Below the pieces are notes generated by a model, which saw only the letters and a list, made by a program, of their open reading frames with translations, did not search any database and was not told the DNA's origin. A stretch of DNA of 63,954 bases, the filler included, from Octopus bimaculoides (Eukaryota): assembly GCF_001194135.2 (NCBI RefSeq). It is 6 parts of 6 records of this genome, joined end to end, with 100 filler letters (N's around TTAATTAATTAA, not from the genome) between each part and the next. Parts side by side here need not be neighbours in the genome. Positions count along the whole stretch, not along the records: positions 32,994 to 57,573 come from NC_069010.1; 5 more parts are not named here. One strand, given 5' to 3'. The number at the start of each line of letters is the position of its first letter. Position 1 is the first letter of the stretch. Both the position numbers and the translations under genes were made by a program. Below, in pieces: positions 38,016 to 50,000 of this stretch.

Positions 38016-41000
38016 TATCTGTGCATGTATGTCTGTCTGTCCACTTCGCACTCATCTGTCTCACTGTGCAGTCAAATCGTCCAACCCATGCTAGCATGGA
38101 AAGCGGACGTTAAACAACAATGAATGATCTATCTCTGTGATCTAAATTAAAACCTTTTATCAAAATTTCATGTTGATTTATGCTGCCAAATCACACCCTA
38201 CTGTCTTAAAAGATTGGAATGTATTGGATAATATAACTATAAAGAGGCAATGTAAGGATGGTCATAGCTAGATTGCATTCTAATCATAGATTTCCTTGAT
38301 AGAGGTTGTTCGAGGACTCAACAACAAAAACAATGTCCTGCCCATTCATGCCCACCACCTGTCTTTCAAAATGTTTTTCTTTATTTCTCTTTATCCATTG
38401 GCTACTTCACCTCACCTTGTTAATCCAGCCGGCTATCAGGACCTTTTCTGGCCAGTCTACTTCCCCCAATTCGGTCGTTCCATCCAGCTGTCTCCACAGT
38501 ACGCCAAGGGACGACAGCTCGTTGCTGCACACTGCTGCCGCACCTGTTCCTATCAGGTAAGTTGATTGTGGCTTTTCTTTGTTTGTGCCCCCCCCCATCT
38601 CTCTCTCTCTCTCTCTCTCTGGAGAGGGGCATGGCTTAGAAGCTTGTTTTACAACACCATGGTTTTGGACTCAGCCTCACTAAAGGCGAGTGGCACCTTG
38701 GCTAGTGTCTTCTATCAATCCCATAGCCATTCCTTTCACAGTCCCACATCATGCCTGGTCGGACAGACCTCTGATTTTCTATCTATATACTCGTTGCAGT
38801 CAGTGGACTCTGCACACTGCTCACACATGCACACATACATACTGCACACACATTGCGTACACATGTAGTTTGTCTACCAAATCCCCTTACAAGGCATATA
38901 TATATATATATATACANNNNNNNNNNCATACACATATATCATCATAATCATCGTTTAACGTCTGTTTTCCATGCTGGCATAGGTTGGACAGTTTGATTGG
39001 GGATTGGCAAAGCAGGAGGCCGCACCAAGCTCCAGTCTGATCTGGCAATGTTTCTACTGCTGGATGCCCCTCCTAACACCAACCACTCCGAGAGTGTATA
39101 TATACACACACACACAATGGGCTTCTTTCAGTTTCCACTTCCAAATCCACTTGTAAAGCTTTGGTTGACCTGGGGCTATAGTAGAAGACACTTCTCCAAT
39201 GTACCATACAGAGGGACTGAGCTCAGAATCATGTGGTTGGTAGGTAAATGTCTTAACAACACAGCCACACCTGTGCCTATACAAAACATAACCAAAATAA
39301 ACTGGGAATTTACCTTCTGCTAGATTCCTTTTCTAAATGATGTTACAAGAAATTTTCACCTTCCATTTTTCCACAGATTTATGACTGCTCCATACAGAGG
39401 TCACCATTGTACATCTACAAACTGCCACTCGGGGCTCACAACACAGTCTTCACTGACAGATTGATATTTCTGAACACATGGCAGGATGGCAAAAAACTCT
39501 TCCTATTGGCCAATCAGAAAGCTGAGACATTCCCAGGTTCTGAGCAGGTAAGTAGAGCCAGGAGAGACTCTGTGTGTCTGTGTGTGTGTGCGTGTGTCTG
39601 GAGAATATGACCTAGGCATGACATCTGTTGTACAAATATCTTGTTTTCAAAAGTTCTGAATTAAAATCTTCCACCAAACTTTAGTCACAATTTATGTTCC
39701 TAACACTAGCTTAATGATAACTAAGTTATTTCACTAAATTCTTTGTTATATTTANNNNNNNNNNNNNNNNNNNNNNNNNNNNNNNNNNNNNNNNNNNNNN
39801 NNNNNNNNNNNNNNNNNNNNNNNNNNNNNNNNNNNNNNNNNNNNNNNNNNNNNNNNNNNNNNNNNNNNNNNNNNNNNNNNNNNNNNNNNNNNNNNNNNNN
39901 NNNNNNNNNNNNNNNNNNNNNNNNNNNNNNNNNNNNNNNNNNNNNNNNNNNNNNNNNNNNNNNNNNNNNNNNNNNNNNNNNNNNNNNNNNNNNNNNNNNN
40001 NNNNNNNNNNNNNNNNNNNNNNNNNNNNNNNNNNNTATCTTGTTTTCAAAAGTTCTGAATTAAAATCTTCCACCAAACTTTAGTCACAATTTATGTTCCT
40101 AACACAAGCTGAATGATAACTAAGTTATTTTACTAAATTTTTTGTTGTATTTAAAATTAATTGAAAGAAACACAGAGCATCTCAACAGAAATATGCTAGC
40201 AAAAGGGTTAAAGTCACCATGATATTTTTAATCCTTTTGATACCAACATGGTTGAAACCACCTCTGGCTCTCTGTAGTACAAATGTCTTGTTTTCATAAG
40301 TTTTGAATTAAAATCTTCCACCAAACCTTAGTCACAATTTATGTTCCTAACACTAGCTTAATGATAACTAAGTTATTTTACTAAATTCTTTGTTATATTT
40401 AAAATAAATTGAAAGAAACACAGAGCATCTCAACAGAAATATGCTAACAAAAGGGTTAAAGTCACCATGATATTTTTAATCCTTTTGATACAAGCCTGGT
40501 TGAAATCACCTCTGGCTCTCTGTAGTACAAATGTCTTGTTTTCAAAAGTTCTGAATTAAAATCTTCCACCAAATCTTAGATAAATAACTAAGTTATTTTA
40601 CTAAATTCTTTGTTATATTTAAAATTAATTGAAAGAAACCCATAGCATCTCAACAGAAATATGGTAATGAAAGGGTTAATCCATCTCTTAGTCTTTTCGT
40701 CCATCTGTCCATCTGTCCAGCCTGCACATCTCTCAACCTCTATATTTCCATCTTCACCATTCCAGAACCTCAGTCCAGAGTCTGTGTTGCAGACATTCGA
40801 TCTTCCATGTGAGGAGAAAGTCCTTGGCATCGTCAAACAATCCTACCCGTTCTACTGGCACGACAAGCAAGAATCATCCATGAACCTCTCTCCTGCTGAA
40901 CTGATGTCGGATCTTAGCCCTTACTCTGTGCCCATCTCTCATCATTCTGTCCTTGATGGATGCTTAGTCATCACGGAATGTGCTGTCTATGAGTGTCGTC

Positions 41001-44000
41001 CGAGGTAAGGTTTATGCACACACGATGGGCTTTGATCAGTTTCTGTCTGTTAAACCCACTTGCATACATGCATGCATGCACTGCTGCACTCTACTACTCA
41101 TGTAGCACTCTACTACTCATGTAGCACTCTACTACTCATGTAGCACTCTACTACTCATGTAGCACTCTACTACTCATGTAGCACTCTACTACTCATGTAG
41201 CACTCTACTACTCATGTAGCACTCTACTACTCATGTAGCACTCTACTACTCATGTAGCACTCTACTACTCATGTAGCACTCTACCACACTTGACACTTAA
41301 TGCCGCATGCACACACACCATTCTACTGGCATGATAAGCAAGAACCATTTATGAACCTCTCTCTACTACACTAGACACTTGATACCACATGCTACACATT
41401 ACCACTTATGCACACACACACACACACACAAACACACTACTACATACATTGCCACCACCACTCAGACCTCCAGGGCTGGGTTTGTGTTTGGGCTAATATG
41501 GCCTATAACCCCACCCCACCAAGCTTTTAATGATTTTTTTTTACTTGTTTAAAAATTTTTTTTAATCCAATAGAATTCTTTTAAAGTTATCAAGCTGTCT
41601 TTTCATTTATAAGGCCCTTGTAGATTTAAAGAAACATTAAATTTAACTGATTCTCATTGACTTTACTGAGGCCTTTTAAGTTTTAGGGTCCTCTTTAAAC
41701 TGTTTGGGACTCTTAAATTCAAAGAAGGCCCTTTTATGTTTTGAATTAGCAAAATCATAGGGGGCTCCCAAAACCTGTAGTCCCAGAGGCCCTGCTAGGT
41801 ATAAACCCTGTTCTGAGTACCACTCACTTTAAATACAGACCCCCAAAAACCATCATTCTATGAGACTGTAATAATAGAACAAGTTATTGTTGTTTTTGTA
41901 CAGGATCTCCCCAGAACGTTACTTTTTCCAACTGGCTCTCCACCCCACGGACTGTGTACATGTCGACCACTTTGCGGTCAGTCTTGGACTTGATTACAAC
42001 CAACTGTTCCAGCTTGCTACGGACCACCTGCTAACTAAGGGCCATTTTACACATGCACTGCGGCTATTCAAGATGGCTAAGGTATGTATAATTCTTATGA
42101 CAACTTCCAAACTCCTTCCCTATGCTTCACTGGACAAACATCATCCATCATCACTATCATATGTCTGCTTCCCATGCTGGCATGGGTTAGATGGTTTGCG
42201 TGCAACTGGTAAGCTGGAGAGCGGAACCAGGTTCCAGTTTGATTTGGCAGGGTTTCTACAGCTGGATGCCTGTCCTAACATTAACAACTCCAAGGTTGTA
42301 ATGGGTACTTTCCAAAGGCGGTGAGCTGGCAGAAACGTTAGCACGCCGGACGAAATGCTTAGCAGTATTTCGTCTGCCGTTACGTTCTGAGTTCAAATTC
42401 CGCCGAGGTCGACTTTGCCTTTCATCCTTTCGGGGTCGATAAATTAAGTACCAGTTACGCACTGGGGTCGATGTAATCGACTTAATCCGTTCGTCTGTTC
42501 TTGTTTGTCCCCTCTATGTTTAGCCCCCTGTGGGCAATAACGAAATAAGTATTTCGTCTGTCTTTACGTTCTGAGTTCAAATTCCCCTGAGATCGACTTT
42601 GCTTTTCATCCTTTCGGGGTCGATAAATTAAGTACCAGTTGCGCACTGGCGTCGATCTAATCGATTAACCCCCTCCCCCAAAATTTCAGGCCTTGTGCCT
42701 AGAGTAGAAAAGAATGGGTACTTTCTATGTTCAACAAGCATGGGTGCCAATTAGATGACCACTGGCAATGTTCACGACTGTGGTTTCACTTGGCTGGACG
42801 AGTCTTTTCAAGTATAGCAGATCATCAAGATCTTGGTCACTTATCACGTCTGTGAGGCTCAACATTCAAAGATCATACTTCACTATGTTGCCCTCAGGAA
42901 GCCTAACATTTGAAGACCATGCTACCAGCAATGGCCACGATTACAATTTCACAGGTCCTATGGTTTCTACAGCTGGATACCCTTCCTAACGCCAACCACT
43001 CCGAGAGTGTAATGGGTGCTTTTACATTCCACTGGCACAGGTGCCAGGTGACACCACAAAATATTGAAACTGGATGCCATTCATTTACAAGTATGTATAT
43101 GTATGTATGTATGTAGATATGTATGTGTGTGCATGTATGTAGATATGTATGTGTGTGAATGCATGTATGTATGTAGATATGTATGTGTGTGTATGTATGT
43201 ATGTATGTATGCGTATTTCAGTTTCCATCTACCGACACCATTCACAAGGCTTTGGTCAGCCAAGGGCTCTAGATACATGCATATGATGGTTGTGTGTGTA
43301 TGGTGCATGTCTGGTGGGTGAGTGTGTGTATGGTGGTGCATGTGGTGGTGCATGTGTGTGGGTGGGTGTGTAGTGTGGTGCATGTGTGTGGGTGGTGGTG
43401 GTGTATGGTGTTTAGGTGGTGGTATATATATATATGTGTGTGTGTGAAGGCATGTGCACCCATATGGGGTTGGTGCATGTAATGGCAGCCTGTGTATACA
43501 TTTGGTGTTATGTACGTGCATTTACATCCTGCATCCCCATCGACCCCAGTGTTGCACAAACACCTCTGCGCTTTTTACATTTAATCAGTCCAGTCCAGTT
43601 CAATCCTTCAACCACACCACCTCTTCTCGTTGCAGTCTTCCTACGTGAAGCGTGTTGCGTCCCTTGCATCGTACGGATGCATCCAAGAGATGATGACCTA
43701 TGTACAGTACATCCTGAAGAAAGGAGGTGAAGAAGTGACCACCCAGGAGTCGAAAAGGCTCTCCGACATTGCTCTCTATGGTTTCATCTACCTCATCAAG
43801 AGTGGCCGCGCCAAGAACCCAAATCTGATATCAGCTTTCAGGTAAAGTCTAACATGTCACATGTTCTGCATGAAGTTGATGTTGATGTTGCTGTTGTAGA
43901 TTTAGCCCCCATTTTAACCTTAAGAAGTTCCTGCTTCAAAGATGTTTCAATCAACATCATCTTATTTTTTTTTCAGTCATATTATTTCAACGGCAGGGCT

Positions 44001-47000
44001 TTCTAAATATCTCTAGTTTCAGAATCGTCATCATAATCATCATCATTTAATGTCCGCCTTCCATGCTGGCATGGGTTGGATGGTTTGAAAGGAGCTGACC
44101 AGGCAGAAGCCTGCACTTGACGTCTGCGTCTGTTTTGGCAGGCTTTTTACAGCTGGATGCCCTTCCTAACACTATGTAGTGTGTCAACCCTAGGTAGTGT
44201 TGTCATTATAGTAACTAACATGTTTTGATTAAATATGCTGGAATTTTAAGTGCAAGTCTGTCAACACAATGCAAAACAGACTTTGAAGTAAGATTTTCAC
44301 TTTGAACAATTTATGATGGTATGTGCATGATTAATAAATACTATAACCCCAGGCTAGCAAACGCCTTGTAATTGTNNNNNNNNNNNNNNNNNNNNNNNNN
44401 NNNNNNNNNNNNNTATATATATATACACATATATATATATATAATATATGCGTTAGTAAGTGTGTTACTTTGTGTTTGTCTCTCAACTGCTTGACAATGG
44501 TGTTGGTTTGTTTATGTTCCTATAACTTAGCGGTTTAGCAAAAGAGACTGATAGAATACGTCCCAGATTTTAAAAAAACAAAATAAATACTGGAGTCAGT
44601 GTGTCTGACTAAACCCTTCAAAGCAAGTGTTCCAGCATGGCCATAGTATAGTGTCTGAAGCAAGTAAGACACACATCCACCCACCCATACACACAAGTAA
44701 CATATTCATGTCTTATGTCTGTCTTTGATTTCATATGTTTTTCAGGGAATTCTTACTCAGCAACTTTTTCTACAATGAAACTAATGCCCTGAAAGTCTTG
44801 GCAGAATGGCGTTGGCCGACATTACTGCTGGAGGTTGGCAAGGTTAGTGTTTGCTTATATGCATGTTGTGTATGAGGAGGAGATGGACTAGGGCCTGAGG
44901 CTCCTGAAAATTGGGGTTTTGAGGAAGGGGATTGGAACTGTGGATAGAGGGGGAACTAAAGTGGGGTGGGAAAACAGATGTGAGAAGGAGGTGTTGAGTA
45001 GAACAGAACCAAAATTTTACTAAATAAAACTGGGGACTGGTTGGTTTTCCGACTCTAAAATAGGGGTTTGTATTTGTACATGTTACAGCGTCCACTTGAG
45101 ATGGGTTGAGCTGGCTCTGACCAGCGAGTTTGCCATGCCCCTCACAAGTGCTGACCACTAGTCGTCATTTGCTGTCGAGGTGTAGAGTTCATGCTCGGAG
45201 TATTCGAATGGAATACAGCTTCACATGTGGTCTCTGGTGACATGCGTACACACTCTGGGATAGTGTGATCCATAGCAGCTCATTTTTGCTGTCCATTGTT
45301 GACCATTGCAGAGGATTCGCTGACCCAAGTCACTGCTGATTATTGGAGCTGACATAGCTTGGATTTGGTGCGGGTTCCAGAAACCTGCTTTAGCCACACA
45401 ACCACACCTACACCAGTTCGTTTATTTTTCAGGCACGTGGTCTCATTGTGGAGAGTCTTGAACTGCTGTTACAACATAGTCTATACAATGTGGAGTTTTC
45501 ATTATGGAAGGACCTGGTACAGAAAGGTTTTGGAGCTTACCTCTGTCATGTTGGTCATGGTAAGAACATTTTCCTCTTATCCTCTTTTCTCTTCATATCT
45601 GTCTCTCTGTCTACATATCTATCTGTCTGTCTGTCCATCTGAAATATTCATGATCCAGTGAAGCTAAGCTGGGATTTACTCATCAGACGAAGGGATTTAC
45701 CCTAATGCAGACAACGAGAGTGATTCAAACACTCAAACTGGTGAAAAGCAGTTTGCGTGAACAAATATGCTAGTTGAAAGATAAATCTGTTATTGTTATT
45801 CTGAATTTATTATGTAGTTCTGCCCCTTAGTTTGCCTCACAAATGTGGTAGTGGAAAAATAGGCCTAATATTGTTATTCTCCTGAATGTTATTGTGATTC
45901 TATCCATTAGTTTGCCTAACAAATACAATAGTTGTGAGATAGGCCTATTATTGTTATTCTCTTGAATTTATTATGTGATTCTGTCCCTTTGTTTGCCTAA
46001 AAGATATGGTAGTGGAAAAATAGGCCTAATATTGTTATTCTCTTGAATTTATTATGTGATTCAGTCCATTTCTTGGCCTAAGAAATATAGTAGTTGAGAG
46101 ACAGGCCTATTATTGTTAGTCTCCTGAATTTTTTTGTGATTCTGTCCCTTAGTTTGCCTAACAAATACAGTAGTTGAGAGAGAGGCCTAATATTGTTATT
46201 CTCCTAAATTTTCTTGTGATTCTATCCATTAGTTTGCCTGCAATCATTACTCTTGAGTTGTGTATACAACTATTTTTCTTTTTTTTGACTCAGGAGCCCA
46301 AGTGGAGTTTGACACAGGGGACAAAGTTTGAAATGGTTAATTATACGTTGTAATTGTATAATAATGTAAAAAATAATTTGTTTTCTCTTGTCTCTTCCTC
46401 ACCACAGGTGTCTTCCTTCTCTGTTTGTCTCCTGAAGAACTGGTTGACCTGCTGTGTGTGAGGCCCCAGCTGGCCGTGCTACAGGTCGACATGTTGCAGC
46501 AACACGTCCGCAAACTGGACACTGATCGGCTGATGAAGTTAGCCGAGGTGTTTGACCCCTCCAAACACATAGTCCGGGGGCACTTGCGATGTCAACGAGT
46601 GCGCAGTGAAAGGTGAGGCCCGCAGAAACTATTTAACATTTAGATCAGCGGTTCTCAGCCAGGGTCCAATGTGACCCCTAAAGGTCCATATAAGGTTTTT
46701 TTTTTGGGGGGGGGGGTTGATACAGCAAATTAGTAAATTGGATATCCACAATAGTATTTTAAGGTCCCCTGAAAAAAATTTTGCTTTAGATGTACGTATT
46801 GATATGTATTGTAAGAAACAGCTGGGTTCCTTTCTCTAACATTTTCCATTGTTCAACCTACACAAGTTAATGTGTGAAAAACAAAATAGGAATTTCGAAA
46901 GAAGTTTCTATAAAACTAGTTTTTAAACATCGAATGGCTATGGGGATCCACCAGAATGAAATAGTAACTAAAAGGGTCCATAGATCAAAAAAATGGTTGA

Positions 47001-50000
47001 GAACCCCTGCTTTAGATGTGGCACGTAAAAGCACCCACTACACTCTCGGAGTGATTGGCGTGAGGAAGGGCATCCAGTTGTAGAAACTCTGCCAGATCAG
47101 ACTGGAGCCTGGTGTAGCCATCTGGTTCACCAGTCCTCAGTCAGATCGTCCAACCCATGCTAGCTTGGAAAGTGGACGTTAAACGATGATGCAGATGATG
47201 TTGGCCTTCTGCTAAAATTTGAGACTTTAATTCTATATATTTTGTTTCTTGCAGAACTTTCAGTCAAACATCTCGAAGTTCCTTGGTGTCACAGAACTTT
47301 GGAGAAATGCCAAACCCTGTAAGTAAATTGTTTATATCTATCTATCTATCTACCTATCTATCTATCTATCTATCTATCCCTCTCTCTATCTATCTATATG
47401 TATAGAATATGAGGGGTTTAGTTCACTGATGATCTAAACCAATAGGTACGCTTTGTAAGTACTATAATTGGTCATCCATTAGGTTCCAAGGTCACAGCTG
47501 AGGCTGGAGCTAGGGATCCATAGTAGGGTTCTGAGTTAGCAGGGATATATTAAAAGGAATGGAAAACAAAACCAAAGCAGGATGAGTATCTCATGTCATT
47601 TAGAGTATTTATAGGGGAACGCGAATCACTGAAAAACTCTAAGGGGACCGGCATGTAAAATTTTTTTTAAAGTTTGAGAACCACTGCTTTAATATATATA
47701 TATAATAATAATATAGATTTAATCAAAAGATTAAATGTGCTACTTAAAATGTTTGTGGCACCAGAATTTGGTAGGGTAAAAACCAAAAACAAAATCAAGA
47801 GATTTGGTGAATAAAATTTGAAGAAAAGCAACAAAAATGCATTAGGTTATAGCAGTACGTATGTTTCGTACAAGCTTCATTTATTTATGTAGTGAGAACA
47901 CCACATAAGATGTGCAATGAAAATGTACTCCTCAGCTGCATAATGGAAGTTCATTTCAGAAAGTCATTTTGTAAATGTGTGCAAAAAACAAGAGTAGGAG
48001 ATGAAGAAAATACCATCTTGACTGGGCTGTTAATCAACAGTCTAGTGAACCAAACATGCTTCCCATAGAAAATCCTCTTTTATCACTCTCTCTTTCCATT
48101 GCTTTCCCCATCCATCACTCTCTCTCTCACTTCATCTCTCCCTCTATCGTTTATTCCAGGAGATGTCTCTAGCATCAACACAGAAGATGGTGGACTTCTT
48201 CTTCGACCTCCTCCTACTGCTAAACAAGAGACGAGACAGTGAGATGTCCTCTGCCAATCTGTGTCGGGAATTGCAGCCACGGCCTTTTATTTCTGAACAC
48301 TTAACGGTAAGTAACATGGCGAAACCCTGGGGGATTACCTTGTAGGTTTTATCTCACCTTGGGCAGGTGTCTTCTACCGTATCTCTTGGTTGTGAGATGA
48401 TGAGGACATGCTGTATGGTAGTGTGGATATATTGTAGTGGTGGTAGTAGTGTGCTAGTGAGGGCGTCGTAATGTGTGCGGGTGATGTTGTGGTGGTAATG
48501 TGGTGTGGTGTTGATATTGTGTGCTGGTCGTAGGGATGATGTTGTGTGGTGCTTGCTTGTCATAATGTAGTGTGGTAGTGTTGTGGTGGTGACATATGTG
48601 GCAGTTGTAGTGTTGTGGTTGCGGTGGTTGCAGTGGTGCTGTGGTTGTAGTGTGGTGGTGAGGACATATGTGGCAGTTGTAGTGTTGTGGTTGCAGTGGT
48701 GCTGTGGTTGTAGTGTGGTGGTGAGGACATATGTGACAGTTGTAGTGTTGTGGTTGCGGTGGTTGCAGTGGTGCTGTGGTTGTAGTGTTGTGGTGGTGAC
48801 ATATGTGGTAGTTGTAGTGTTGTGGTTGCGGTGGTTACAGTGGTGCTGTGGTTCTAGTGTGNNNNNNNNNNNNNNNNNNNNNNNNNNNNNNNNNNNNNNN
48901 NNNNNNNNNNNNNNNNNNNNNNNNNNNNNNNNNNNNNNNNNNNNNNNNNNNNNNNNNNNNNNNNNNNNNNNNNNNNNNNNNNNNNNNNNNNNNNNNNNNN
49001 NNNNNNNNNNNNNNNNNNNNNNNNNNNNNNNNNNNNNNNNNNNNNNNNNNNNNNNNNNNNNNNNNNNNNNNNNNNNNNNNNNNNNNNNNNNNNNNNNNNN
49101 NNNNNNNNNNNNNNNNNNNNNNNNNNNNNNNNNNNNNNNNNNNNNNNNNNNNNNNNNNNNNNNNNNNNNNNNNNNNNNNNNNNNNNNNNNNNNNNNNNNN
49201 NNNNNNNNNNNNNNNNNNNNNNNNNNNNNNNNNNNNNNNNNNNNNNNNNNNNNNNNNNNNNNNNNNNNNNNNNNNNNNNNNNNNNNNNNNNNNNNNNNNN
49301 NNNNNNNNNNNNNNNNNNNNNNNNNNNNNNNNNNNNNNNNNNNNNNNNNNNNNNNNNNNNNNNNNNNNNNNNNNNNNNNNNNNNNNNNNNNNNNNNNNNN
49401 NNNNNNNNNNNNNNNNNNNNNNNNNNNNNNNNNNNNNNNNNNNNNNNNNNNNNNNNNNNNTGTGGCAGTTGTAGTGTTGTGGTTGCAGTGGTGCTGTGGT
49501 TGTAGTGTGGTGGTGAGGACATATGTGGCAGTTGTAGTGTTGTGGTTGCAGTGGTGCTGTGGTTGTAGTGTGGTGGTGAGGACATATGTGACAGTTGTAG
49601 TGTTGTGGTTGCGGTGGTTGCAGTGGTGCTGTGGTTGTAGTGTTGTGGTGGTGACATATGTGGTAGTTGTAGTGTTGTGGTTGCGGTGGTTACAGTGGTG
49701 CTGTGGTTCTAGTGTGGTGGTGAGGACATATGAAGTGGTGGTATAAGTGTATTGGACATATTTTGTAATGAAAACATGTTTTCCAAGTATGCAATGTACA
49801 TTACAGTGGTAGTAAATGATTTACAGTGTGGGAGATAGTATGTGACTACATTTTTTTATTACGTTGTCTTTCTAAACATTTCAGTTTGCAGAAGAGATGG
49901 CCACAAAATCCGAATCCTTCCTGTCACTTCAGCCGTCTTTTATTGGATGCGGGAATGGTTATGTCGCCATGGTGCGCAACGGTGACCTCTACACCTGGGG

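Noticed and set aside
41086-41284. 19-bp direct repeats as a CRISPR array
   Set aside because: No unique spacers, no cas genes, eukaryotic intron context; it is a minisatellite.
41471-41815. hAT-like element with CAG...CTG ends
   Set aside because: TIR match is only about 10 of 13 and there is no TSD; not supportable.
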